This document shows positions 41,001 through 60,900 of a stretch of DNA of 64,000 nucleotides, piece after piece. A program made the position numbers and the translations under genes. Source of the stretch: Lytechinus pictus (taxonomy: Eukaryota); assembly GCF_037042905.1 (NCBI RefSeq), contig NC_087256.1, positions 25,172,001 through 25,236,000 of the forward strand, written 5' to 3'. Numbering within the stretch: the stretch's first letter is position 1; every line of letters begins with the position of its first letter. Under the pieces are notes generated by a model that saw only the letters and a program-made list of their open reading frames with translations, searched no databases and was not told the origin of the DNA.

Positions 41001-44000
41001 TCACAAGGTCATCCTTGTTGCCGACAGCGATGTACTGCTCGTTAGGACTCCAGCAAATGTTGATGTTCTCACCTAACGAAATGCAAGGATATGAAAAATT
41101 CAAATAATGAAATTTTCCTAATCCATGGATATGGACATTATAATCTAGTATAAAGTAGCTCTTTAATGTTGCTCTTCCAGTTTTATAATATTCTTATGAT
41201 GGTGGAAGCACAATTAAGTGCATCACACATTGACCCTGCAACATTAAATCAATCGAATCAATTTTACAAGTGATTGTATCTGTGGGTTTATGGCAATACA
41301 TGTACAGTGCATTACAATTGATTCTAAATACTTGTGGGATCTTTTGAAGTTACAGGTTGCTGGTAACTATTATGACCATTCAATATTAACAAATAATAAG
41401 GTACTATCTGACATTAACATCAACAACTTCTCTTGTGACAAGTTGCAAGCTGAAAACTTCACAAGTTTAGAATCTCAACATCTCTTCTAATCAAACAATT
41501 GATATTACAATAAATATGCCTATCCTTGCTCTCTCTAAAACTCAAGTAATCGATTGTCTACTCGAACCAGCATGTTGGTCCAAGGACAAAGCCTATGGGT
41601 ATCACAGAATACAACACAGCAATTGATTGGGCCTTATTTGCGTTGTGGAGCGTTGTGGCCCAGTGGATTAATCTTCTGACTTTGAAACAGAGGGTCGTGG
41701 GTTCGAATCCCAGCCATGACGTAATTTCCTTCAGCAAGAAATTTATCCACTGTGCCGCACACTCAACCCAGGTATGTTTAATGGGTACCCGGTAGGAAGA
41801 TATTCCTTGAATGCTTTGCACCTAGGCAGCCCAGCTAAAGCCGAGGCAATAATAATAGCAGGGCCCGCTGGGAGAACAGTTTTCAGAACTGAGGTGGCTT
41901 CCCTGGGTAAATATACCTATATTATTATTATTATTCAAACATGATTAAAAGACCAAACATATTGGTTTCCTTTGGGTCAGTGTAAAAAAAAGAATGAAAT
42001 AGCTAAAATTAAATCAAAAATAGTTGAGCATACCCTTTGTAGCTATAGTTGATATAGACTTGGCAGACCTGGTATCCCATATCCTGATCGTCTTGTCTCC
42101 CGATGCGGTCACAAACACATCTGGATTTCTGGGATGCCAGCACAACTGATCCACACTGCCGACATGACCCTTGTACGTTGCTTCTCTGGTCTACGGTGAA
42201 GAAAAATTCATAACAAGAAAACTATGTGCTGTCTACAAGAATCATCTGTAGTTGAACATGAAGAAAGATTTGATTTTGTTTCCATTGAATGCAATATTCC
42301 TGGCAAGCATTCCTTCCCTCACTTGCCTTGAATGGGTGCATTGACCATGGGTCTTTCTCAGAATTATTCAACAAATAATCTGCAATAAAGATGGCCCATG
42401 TACCAGTACCTTTCCCACAATCTAGACTTAAACGAGGAATACGAGTACATGTTTTGCATAATCCGGTCTAAAAAGTGCTTCAAGTTGGGTGAATATTCAA
42501 CTTAAAGAAAGGTCTACTTTATACAACTTGCAAGTTCACATGTATCTTGAATTACAGGGATCATAAGGGATGTACTACTTTGACTTACTTTAGGAACTTC
42601 TAGCTTCAAGCTATTAATCAAGGCCCTGCTCTATCAATTTTTTTCCCCTCAATATTGTTGCTGTTGCTGATCGCATGCTGCACCTCTGCTTAGGAAAAAA
42701 CTTAGCAATATGGCAAATGCATGCCATTAGATCCATGTGCAGGCAATTGGCAAAAATATCAAAAAATACAAAACTTCGAAATTGTGAAAATAGCAGAAAA
42801 CTTTGATTTGCGCCTTGAATTTATTTAAATGCTAAACATCTGCTATCATGGATATCAATGTCAAATAACTGAAAATGGCAAAGAACTTGGTCGGGTCTCA
42901 GAGTCAGACTTGTCCCGAAGAGACAAGTAGGGTCTAAAAAAAAAGAATTCCACTTCTTCTACTTCCACATTAACTCTAACTAAACTAAAGCAAACTAGAT
43001 AATTTTGACATACGGTTTGACAGTTTATTATTGATGCTGATATCAGTTATAACTTGAGCAATCAAATTGTCTCAAACAAATTTTAATCCTTTTTTAATCT
43101 ATTTTATTCATTTTTTTAATTCCTAAAATGTCTTATTCAATTGTGCCTAATACATGTATGACCATTAGTTCTCGCGTTCGTTCACGGTATCAATCGGCCA
43201 TTTTGTTTTCAATTTTGAAAGCGAGAGATAAAAACGCAACAAAGAGGATCTAGATCTAAAGTTAGATGTAACTTTTCCTTTTTTTGAGGGTCAAGTTTGT
43301 GCCTCAATGTCAGGATTCTGTGTTTAGATAGACCTTCATCCATATAGTGCGTCTTTTTCGGTAAGTAATGCGATCTCTAAAAGTTCACGACGGACTCCGC
43401 CATCACCACGATGTTGTAGAGAAGGTGAATATCATCGTAAACAACCTCGAATAGTAGTGCGTCTATTTCGGTGAGTCATGCGACCTCTAAGAGTTTACGA
43501 TTACCTCCGCCAACACTACGATGTTGGGGAGAAGGTGAATATCATCGTAAACAACTTTGGATAATAGTGCGTCTTTTTCGGTAGGTCATGCGTCCTCTAA
43601 GAGTTCACGATTGCCTCCGCCATCACCACGATGTCGTAGAGAAGGTCAATATCATCGGAAACAACTTCAGATTGTAGTGCGTCTATTTCGGTAGGTCATG
43701 CGTCCTCTAAGAGTTTTACGATCACCTCTGCCATCACTATGATGTTGTAGAGAAGGTGAAGGTCAAGTCAATCTTGACGTTCATATGCCATAATAATCAT
43801 TGTAATGATTGTGGGCATTAACGGAAAGACAAGACAAGACAAGAAGAATATCATCGTAAACAATTTAGGATAATAGTGCGTCTATTTCGGTAAGTCATGC
43901 GTCCTCTAAGGGTTTACGATTACCTCCGCCATCACTACGATGTAACTTGTAGAGAAAGTGAATATCATCAGAAACAACTTCGGATAGTGTCGCGCGCTGC

Positions 44001-44945
44001 AACGTCATTATCTTCTTTTCCTTCCTCCGATTATGTCGGAGATCAAAACAAATCATCATCTTCTTCCTCCGTAACGTTGGGGAAGTACAATAAGAAACAA
44101 GATGGCGGCGTAAACATCGGGCAAGTCTCTTCCGTCTTTTCACAATATTTTTTCATTTTTTTGATGAATTCTTGTTTTAAAAATAACAACGAGAACGTAG
44201 AAATGTCGGAAATGAAGTTTTATCCCATGTACATGATTTAGAGCTAGATCTTTTAGAAGGAAAGTAGAAATCTCGGAGGTGAAAGTTTCAGGTTTTGGCT
44301 TCCTTTGTGTGGGTCTATGAGATAGAAGGCCTGGCTTCGTATGAGAGTAACCTTACGTTAGTAAATGATTTTTACTCTCTAGAACTAGTACTATAGTAGA
44401 AGCCGCCTGGCTAGGTGGGCAGGGGTATCGTAGACAGCAAAAAAATTCCATGGCATGAGCCATGACTTTGAGAACACACGAGAATCGAAAATCATGAATT
44501 GAATTGTATACAAATTGATTTTAATTCTAGCTAACAAATTTTATTTGTTTATCATACATTTCAGAAATATCCCGCATATAGCGAATAATAAAAGATGGGC
44601 GACACGAAAGACGGTCCTTGGGCTTGGTCCTGCAAGACCCTTTCGTGTAATCGGCCAAGCGGGCCGGTGCTCCCTGGGCCTGGGTTAGCGAGATAAGATT
44701 AAGAGTGCAGCGACGCGACACGGCGCGGCATCGGCAGTCAGTCATATTCAGACATAACTCACCATCCTATCTCTATCCAGCGAAAAGACACAAACATTTC
44801 TATCAAACGATCCGGATGCAAGCATAGTGCCATCACAATTCCATGCTACAGAGTGAACTTTCGATGAGTGAACCCCATTATGTTCTTTTGTTCGACAATT
44901 CTTCTCGAAATGTTTTTTAATCATGTTTTCTGTGGAAGCTGCCAT
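38031..44945 (-). CDS. THOC3: THO complex subunit 3 (WD40; TREX mRNA export), complete, 321 aa
   Basis: Exons 44945-44763, 42190-42034, 41072-40868, 39784-39623, 39059-38959, 38188-38031 total 966 nt, all GT-AG and in phase. Peptides KVHSVAW..LASGSFD, SVDQLCWHP, KGENINICWSP, FATGSADALVSLWD, RLDWPVR, VAWHPKRYLLAFACDDKD. Confidence 0.96.
38390..38650. mobile_element. Harbinger-type MITE
   Basis: TIR GGCCCCGTC(A/T)TACAA; CTG TSD at 38387-38389 and 38651-38653. Confidence 0.85.
39860..40172 (+). mobile_element. CR1-type LINE 3' end with a tandem-repeat tail
   Basis: Degraded RTRG..HLDLRKHFYSQRVINGWNKL followed by a (CTTCAAGGTAA)n tail at ~40132-40171. Confidence 0.7.
40499..40778 (-). mobile_element. 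tRNA-derived SINE
   Basis: Same head and central domain as 41646-41935, reverse orientation, (AAT)n end. Confidence 0.75.
41646..41935 (+). mobile_element. tRNA-derived SINE
   Basis: A-box TGGCCCAGTGG, B-box GGTTCGAATCCC, central CACTCAACCCAGGT..AATGGGTACC, (ATT)n tail. Confidence 0.85.
43345..43990. repeat. 110-bp minisatellite in THOC3 intron 1 (~5 units, one interrupted)
   Basis: TAGTGCGTCT unit starts at 43345, 43455, 43565, 43675, 43874 and a partial at 43985. Confidence 0.9.
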
Positions 44946-45070
44946 CTTGATGTATGGTACGCTAATTTGGGGATTCCTATTGAAAAGGTGAATGTATCGT
45001 AGACCCATTATTTCTCGTCATTGATGATAATGATGATGATGATGATGATGGTGATGATGCCCGGTGATGA

Positions 45071-45560
45071 TTAGACCACATTTAGAGTATGCACATGCCG
45101 TATTGAGTCCTACTTGAAGAAACATATTCATGCACTAGAAAATGTACAAAGAAGGGCCACTAAATTGGATTATGAGGTTAAAAAAACCAAAAAACAAACA
45201 ACTTCCATACGAACAAAGGTTGATCCTGAACTAAATTCCCTACTTTGACATACCGCCGTGCGCGAGGGGATATGATTGAAACTTACAAGTTCCATGCAGG
45301 AGTAGTGCCAGATCTGGGTCAGTTGCATGGGACTATCGAGGTCATGATAAAATAATTGTTTATCTCATTAAGATCAGTCACTGAAAAAAGAAAAGAAATC
45401 TTTTTACATTAGAATGAGAAAACCATGGAATAGTCTCAGTAATGAATTAGTTATGCCCCCATAGTGTCTTTGAGAATGGACTGGACAAGATGTGAACCAG
45501 TGAAGTTCAAGTTTGACACTGACCCACCAGGACATGATCCGGCCAACCTAAAGAGGAGAA
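45071..45560 (+). mobile_element. Degraded CR1 LINE 3' remnant just upstream of THOC3
   Basis: IRPHLEYAHAVLSP / LKKHIHALENVQRRATK / RRARGDMIETYKF with frameshifts. Confidence 0.75.
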
Positions 45561-45631
45561 GGAATTTGAAACTGAATGCAGAGTCATAATGACTTCGTTC
45601 AGTTGTTCCATAAGTATCCAGAAGTAAGTAT

Positions 45632-45760
45632 GATAATGATATGATGATGATGATGATGATGATATGATGATGATGAGGAGGAGGATGATGAGGATGATGA
45701 TGATGATGACGATAATTATCACAATCAGCACTCTCATCACTGTCATCATCATCATCATTG
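45632..45760. repeat. (GAT)n/(CAT)n microsatellite
   Basis: Visible runs; another (GAT)n at 45021-45070. Confidence 0.8.
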
Positions 45761-47840
45761 TTATATAGGGCCTATATTTTTTTATATAAACAAAAACAAA
45801 GAAGGGTACAGAAATGCATGCATGGTCAGATAGGAAGACTAGGCCTATAATAAACCTAAGAGAGAGGACGGTAGATGAATGATAGGTTTTCCCGCTCAAT
45901 TTCATCTAAATAATGTAATTTAATTTAATTTAATTTTGCGTTAGCCATGATCACCTCGGTTATTTGTCAATGTATTTCATTACTTGTCACTTGAATGTAT
46001 TTTCCGCTTAAAATAACTATCAAACAAGTCACTACTGAGAATTTAGATAAGCAGCATAATATGTTTAACGAATTCGCAAGGATAACCATTTTCCCGCACT
46101 TTTGGTTCATTATCTCTGCAAAATATTCTTCTTCTAGTAAGTGTATCACCCGAATTGGTGCATTTTTATTAATAGCATGCAATTAAAGGAATGGGCATTC
46201 ATAGGTCTACTTTTCCTGTTATAAAATGTACTTTATAGAATAATAATGTTTTCCTAGAATAAAGGCACCGCGGATTGATGGAATGGAGCCATATAGGCCC
46301 CTTCCAATTCCCTTCCAAATCCGTCATGCTTGACAATTTGACATACAGATGATCACCCATGAAATTGACTAGAGTTGAAAGTATTATCATACAGGGACAC
46401 GTCAGCGGTGGATCCACTTTTGAGAGGCACAAAATATTAGGTTTTTTTTTTTGCTGGAATGTGTCATGCATAGGCAATTTGGGGACCCATTTTTTACTTG
46501 TCAAATTTTTCCTTAATTGCACAAACTCGATTTTGTAGTTTTTTTTTCAGGTTCTCATTTTTTTTCTGTACAAAATGCCCCCCCCCCCTTGGAAGATCTT
46601 GGATCCGCCCTTGGGACTTGTAATAAACTTGAAAAGAACAAAAAAGAAGAAAGTAAATATCAATGGAAATGCCCACACAGTCAGCATTGTCGGGTGAAAA
46701 GGAAGAATATATAGAATAGCCCTTAACACCTTTGTAAAGGAAACGCAAAAGTTGCAAAAGATGCAATATAAATTGTTTTTATGATGAAAACTAAGGATAT
46801 TGTGGAAATTCAAATTTGGGCTAAACAAATAGCCACAATTCAAACAATTCTGATTGTATTATAAACACATGTTTATACATTAATATTAGACACATATTAT
46901 GAGCATACAGATGCCATGCAAAACAAACGATTTGCGCATCATTAATTTGAACTCTCAAAAATGAAATTGGTTGCTCAAGGTATCGGTCATTTTTTATTTA
47001 TTGATTGCGCAATTTCTGAATTTCCGACATTGCCCAAAATTAAGAAGTACATTCGTTAATTTGTAAGACCATTAGCGAACCTCTTTGCCTTAGAACGAAA
47101 TCTAAATCACTGATGACACATTTTGAAATGATCAAATTTGAAATTGTATTGACCATAGCTTTTTTAATGATTATAAATGAATTCTAGTGTCTTTAAATGA
47201 ATCCCATTGTCTGCTCTTCGGGAAAACGTTTACGTGTGAATTTAAATGCACATAAATAAATCCAAATGACTCCTATATGAAATTGGACGGTCTAAAACTG
47301 GAGAAACGTAGAAAGAGGTAAAGTAAGTCTCCCCGATGTTATTCAAATTCCATTTTAAATATCCAAATCCTTAAAAAAAGCTTTTTATCATATATACGTA
47401 CAGGCCCCTCTGTCCCCAAAGTATACCGTTTTATAACAAACACACATGATATTCATACTTTCAATAAATTCTCTTCACTCGGCTGAATAAAATTCTTCCG
47501 ATTTAATGGAATTTTCAATATTTTGCTTGTTTCATTTTTATCCCTCCTGTTTATATATTCAATTCAAATTGTTGTTGGGGTAAGACTTTTGGTCTCTGAT
47601 AAAAACAATGCCTTAAAAAAAAAAAAGAAATCCGTGCAGCCAAAAAAGTTTAATAAAGAGTTTATTTTATTGATGTGAATTATATGAATTTATAACAAAA
47701 ATCAAATACAAATGACTCATTTTTTCTATGTAAATGATATTAAAAAGTATGTTTGAGGGTTTGAGAATATAATTATGATCGAGAGACAAAAAAGGATACT
47801 TGCAAAGGAGCATATAAACGCCGGGCACAATGGCCATATA

Positions 47841-47907
47841 ATCGAGGTTTCATGATAATAGCAATTTATCATGAAACCTCGATAGTTTTAACCCATGGGT
47901 TAAAACT
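47841..47907. repeat. Two abutting perfect inverted repeats
   Basis: 18-bp stem with 7-nt loop at 47841-47883, then the 24-bp perfect palindrome AGTTTTAACCCATGGGTTAAAACT at 47884-47907. Confidence 0.9.
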
Positions 47908-48164
47908 TAAAAGTTCCAACTAGATTTCTGTTTTTTTTTTTCAATAGAACATTAGCCTACCGCGGCGACTTTATGTTTTCAAAACTTTTTCCTAATTTAT
48001 TTAGAAAACCATTTCCTGGCCCTTTCTAAACCTTTTTGACCGGGCCTTCTGAAAATGTTTAGCGCTGAATTGTGCTGATCTAAATTTGAATATATAGGCC
48101 TTTACAATATGCCCCTAGACCTCCAACAATTTTTATTAACCTCAAGTCTGTCAAGTCTTCAACC

Positions 48165-48290
48165 ATTCTCTATAAAGCGGTCGAGCGCGACTGAGCGCGC
48201 GCTTCCGAAAAGTTGGATTAGAAGATGACGTCTCTACCACTAAAATAGATCACTGCTGACCTACCATCTCACCAGATCGAGGCTGCTCAA
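48165..48290 (+). promoter_or_regulatory. Candidate eRF1 core promoter
   Basis: CpG-rich patch in AT-rich DNA (GAGCGCG twice, TGACGTC CRE-like, TATAAA at 48171), ~1 kb upstream of the ATG. A candidate acceptor at 49190 suggests a non-coding first exon. Inference only. Confidence 0.4.
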
Positions 48291-49265
48291 TCAGGAAAAA
48301 AATACTTGCGATTTGAGAAAGAAATCATGAATTAAAAGAAATATCTTAAAAGGGAATGGGAGATGAGAGCTAGGATAGTCAGTATCTTTAATTGAAAGCA
48401 AGTGAGTTATTCTAGCATATATCAGCATTGATGGATCTCTCCTGGCCAAAAAATATATTATATCAGTTATCACGGTACCATGTACCATTACGATGAAAGA
48501 AAGGTGAAATAGAGGGCAATGGACGAATCCATTAAATTGTATGGGGTTTCTTTCTACGAGAGATATATTGTGTTGATTAATTCACATTGTTTAACTTATA
48601 AAATCACGTTTATTTTAATGACATCGTATTTCAATAATCTCTTTCTTTTTACTATGATTTTTATATGGAAAATAAGAACGAATATTAGTTTCAGAATGAT
48701 TTATGTCCCCGGTAAGTCCCTCGTAAGTTATCGTTGTGACCTATACGTACTTCCGGTTGAGTCGTATACATATTGCATTTATTTGGAAATCGCGAACTTT
48801 CATCACATGGGCGAAATATCAAGACGTGCTGTGTCCAACATATTGTGAAAGGCGATTGTTTCATATTCTTGATTTTCGATGCAAATCATTTTGGAACAGA
48901 ACTGATTTGAAGTTAATCGACCAAGATCCTGAATAGGTTTGATCGTGGAATTTTGTACTGTTAAACTTCAAATATACAGTTCAAGACGAGCCACACGCTG
49001 TTGTCGATACAGCGTGTTGGGGCCATTGATTGAGTTTCATTCATTTGTTGCAACCAACCGGCATTGGAATTGCATTGAATAGATCTGCAGAAGGCCAAAC
49101 GTGTGCAAATAAATAAGCACACTCAAAGCTAGGCAACAACCTTGCCAAATCTGATAATATAAATCAACACTTTAGTCTTGTTATTGTTAGTGGAACTAAT
49201 TATTGGTGAACAAGAGTGTTGATTGGAGAAAGAGAGACAAGGAGTAGGAACAGAATAAGAGAAAG

Positions 49266-57061
<7,796 letters not shown>

Positions 57062-57984
57062 GTGAGTAATGCCCCATGTACCATTTGGTCTACAATCATT
57101 ATTGCAAGTAAGGTGATGGTATCCTACTGGTACGATCTCCTAAGGATGACATGTAACCATCATAGAACCCAAGTTGATCGTGAATCTGTAAGTAAATGTA
57201 GCATTTTCGACTTTTCGTACAGATACACGATCACCTTGGGAGCTACGATTTTTTTATAATGGATTTGTATAAATCTTTCAAAATTGTAAGGTTGTCGCCC
57301 ACAAACACATTGTAGGAGCATCGTACAGTCAGCACAGGGCAACCAAAAAATTACACGGGGGCGGCGGGCGAATTCGCCCCAGAAAGTCCAAAAAGAGCCC
57401 CGGAAAAGGGCTAAAAACATTCACACGAGGGCGACTGCAAAACTCATAATCGCCCCCGTCAACACTGTATATTTATGTAGCATTTCATGCATACGTACGT
57501 GATTGCATCTTGAGCTGTTTCCTACGCGCACACCAATTGTGCTACAAAATCCCAAACTCATTGCCCGACTGCAGTTGCGAACATCACGTATATATGTACG
57601 TAAATCACCGCGGAGCTGCCCGCAGAGTCGCACAAGCAAATACAAGATACAGTGGCACAATAACATTGCTCATTTCAGCGCACGCGAGTCCATCATAGGA
57701 TCGTGTCAGCTAAGAGAACTTACCTGTGAATCTCTGTTTACGGGCGTGAATAGTGCATGTGGTACATGTGCCTATGAATTCGAGATGGTACCGGTACGTA
57801 CTTCTCGCTAGCTCGCACCGCGCTGCTTCGAAGCTTCGTCGCGATCGCATGTATGATTACACCGTATATGCTAGCTACCGTATACGTACTGTTACTACTG
57901 TACTATACTGTAGATAGATTTTGTAATTGTAACTAGCTCGAATTCGCGTTTGGTACTTTGGATTGAATCATTTTGGAAATCGGA

Positions 57985-60900
57985 ATGGATAGATTTCTTA
58001 TCCGGCCTGGTACGGCAACAACACCTGCCAGAACTAAAGAAAGGCCAGCTGCAGCTGATGCCCCGCAGGCTAAGACTAAGAGGAAAAAAAAGCCGGTTAT
58101 CCATGAATCGACCGTGAAGTCGTGGGGCCTCGATTGGCTTGGAACGGCCCGTCCCGCCGGGGGAGCTCTGCAGGTGTATAGTAACGTATTGTATTACCGG
58201 ACACTATCATGATTCCGGACGCGCATAGTACGGTACTATACTGCGTACGAAAACAATTACGTACCGTAAGACTTCCGCAATTCAATTTCACAGAGCAATA
58301 CATAGAACAAGATTGCTAAAACAAGGCAAAAAAATCCAACTTTTACCTTATTTATCTCTAAAATGACAGAAAATGATTAAAATATCATATAACGTAGTTT
58401 TGCATTAACAATTGATATATTTTCTGATGGAAAAATGGGCCTGATTTTGCCGAATTTCAGTCTCGTCCGCTCCTTCGATCGAATGATGAAGTGTGGTGTA
58501 TTGTGGTTAATCGTCGACGGCTAGACTCGAGGTATACCGTGCGCGAGGTTTACCGTGACTAGAGCCGTCGACCGTCGATCGACAGCGCATCAAACCTGAT
58601 GAGCGTTACGATACGAACGAGCATAGTGTTGGAAAGTGCCATGGAACATGCAGCTAAGAAGTCAAAATAAAATTTATCAAACACGAATTTATTACCAACA
58701 TCTGCTCAGATTTGATGTGAAAAACAAACAAACATAAGCTTAGAATATATGCATGATAATAATAATAATATAGGGTATTTATATTGCGCACATATCCACC
58801 TTGTTAGGTGCTCAAGGCGCTCCTATATTACCCGGCTAAGCTAGGCGTTCATAGCGCACACAGCTTTTTAAGGAATTACTTCCTACCGGTACCCATTTAC
58901 CTCACCTGGGTTGAGTGCAGCACATTGTGGATCAGTTTCTTGCCAAAGGAAATTACGCCATGGCTGGGATTCGAACCCACGACCCTCTGTTTCAAAGTCC
59001 GAAGACTAATCCACTGGGCCACAACGCTCCACATATGATATGATATTTGAAGAAAAATTCACACAAATTCTTTCTTACATCATTATAATGAAGAATATCT
59101 TTACCCGTCCGGCGCGCGTCCGGAATCATGATGTAATTTGTCACGCGCGAAAATAACTGTTTTTCGTGGAGGGGTATGCGACAATTGTGATGCAAAGAAA
59201 ACGGTTGGTAAATATAAAATAATTTTATCATATTCATAATTTTCATAATATTTGGAATAGCAAGTGCAAATATTTCTTGATTGTATTTCCTCTAGTTGTC
59301 ATTTTTAAAGCACTGAAATAAAGGTGTCCGGTAATAGGATACACTGCCATACTGCGTCGCCTGTCGTGAGTATCAAGAAAAAACTTCAGCCAACAACAGG
59401 GGCGCAGTCACCACCGATCCGTTCCTGGTCGGAACAAAGAATACCAAGAAGTATTCTGTTCTGAGACATGGTCAGAGCGACGGACACAGAGCAGCATATG
59501 GTACGCATATTGTAGAAACTTGTTAAATAATGTCATTTTTTGGGATCGCTTTTAAATAAAAATTCAAATATGATTTTGTTTTAATTATTAGATCTAGATC
59601 TAGATCTATTAAAAAGTATTAGGTTATTATTTATTTATTTTTATTTTTTAAACGACACACAATATTTAGATCTACCATTTTTTATTTGTATGAAATGTAT
59701 TTTTCCTCTTTCTCTTCAAACTGGGTAGGGGAAAAACTGTTCAACTTGAGAATTTGTTGATATCAACACTTAACATTGGTGCCACCTTTGGAAAATTAAC
59801 AAAATAACATGGTACCAACTCACCTCAATAATAAAATCAGGGAGATTATTTGATCAACATGTAATCAATTTTGAATTTAAGGCCTTAAGCCACCTTATTG
59901 AAAGGCCAGTTACTCAGACCACAATGCTTTGTCAATTGTCACTGGTAAATAATTGTGATTTAACATAAATTACACACATACTAATTACCAAATTATTTTC
60001 TCCTGAATATTCTTCTCAGATTCCTGGAAGAAAGACCTGCGATCAAAAGAACCGATAGTTCAAGCGGTCTTAAAAATGGACCAGCAGGCGTTCAAGAAGA
60101 TGGTGCTGCTGTTCGACATCACATACCATCTCGCGAAGCACGAGCTTCCGTTCAGTTATTTCCCAGCTTTGGCCAACTTGGAGAAGCGCCATGGCGTGAA
60201 TCTGGGCACAACGTACCTGAACCCTGTCCAAGCACATATGTTCACGGAATTTCTGGCAGAGGACATCCGCCAGGAAATCGACTACACTGTCAGAAAATCA
60301 AGATACATCAGCATCCTCATTGACGGAAGCACTGATCGGAGTTCTCTGGAACAAGAACTAATGTACATCAAATATCTGGACCTGGATGACGGCATCCCTC
60401 GGACACGTTTCTTCGGGTGAGAACCGAGGAATAACTTTTTTTTTAATTCTCCCTTTCTCTGTCTTTGAAAGTTTAAATTAAATTTCCTTCTCCAGCACAA
60501 TTTTCGTAAGTTTATTTTGTACAGCTAACAGCTTGATATGAATTTGTGAAACTAAAAAGTCTATGATCAAAAAACAATTTAATATTTTCAACATACAAGA
60601 CTCAAGAGAAATTATGATTTGATTTAAAATTTGGAGTTGAAAAAAAAAGTTTTATTAACATTCAGAATGATATTGTAAGTTACATGTATTTTTTTTTCTT
60701 ATTTTGTTTGAATTGAATTGAAAATTGTATAATGGGTAACACATAATAGGCCCTACTGTGCCACTGTCACTGTGCAGTAGATTGAATAATAAATTTGAAG
60801 AGAATTTAATGAACACTAAAAAGACTGAGCTATTTTGAAGCCTAACTAGTGTGGGTAGGAAGCCCCCTATCACCCCTCACCCCCCCCCCAAAAAAAAAGA

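Noticed and set aside
45507-45905. 132-aa hydrophobic ORF
   Set aside because: It is a translation of the (GAT/CAT)n microsatellite.
48519-48848. 109-aa ORF upstream of eRF1 as a possible regulatory uORF
   Set aside because: AT-rich composition with no recognisable motif, and it may lie partly in a 5' UTR intron; the transcript structure is unknown.
58590-58640. CTGATGAG, a possible hammerhead ribozyme core
   Set aside because: No stem II closing directly onto GAAA and no convincing stems I or III.
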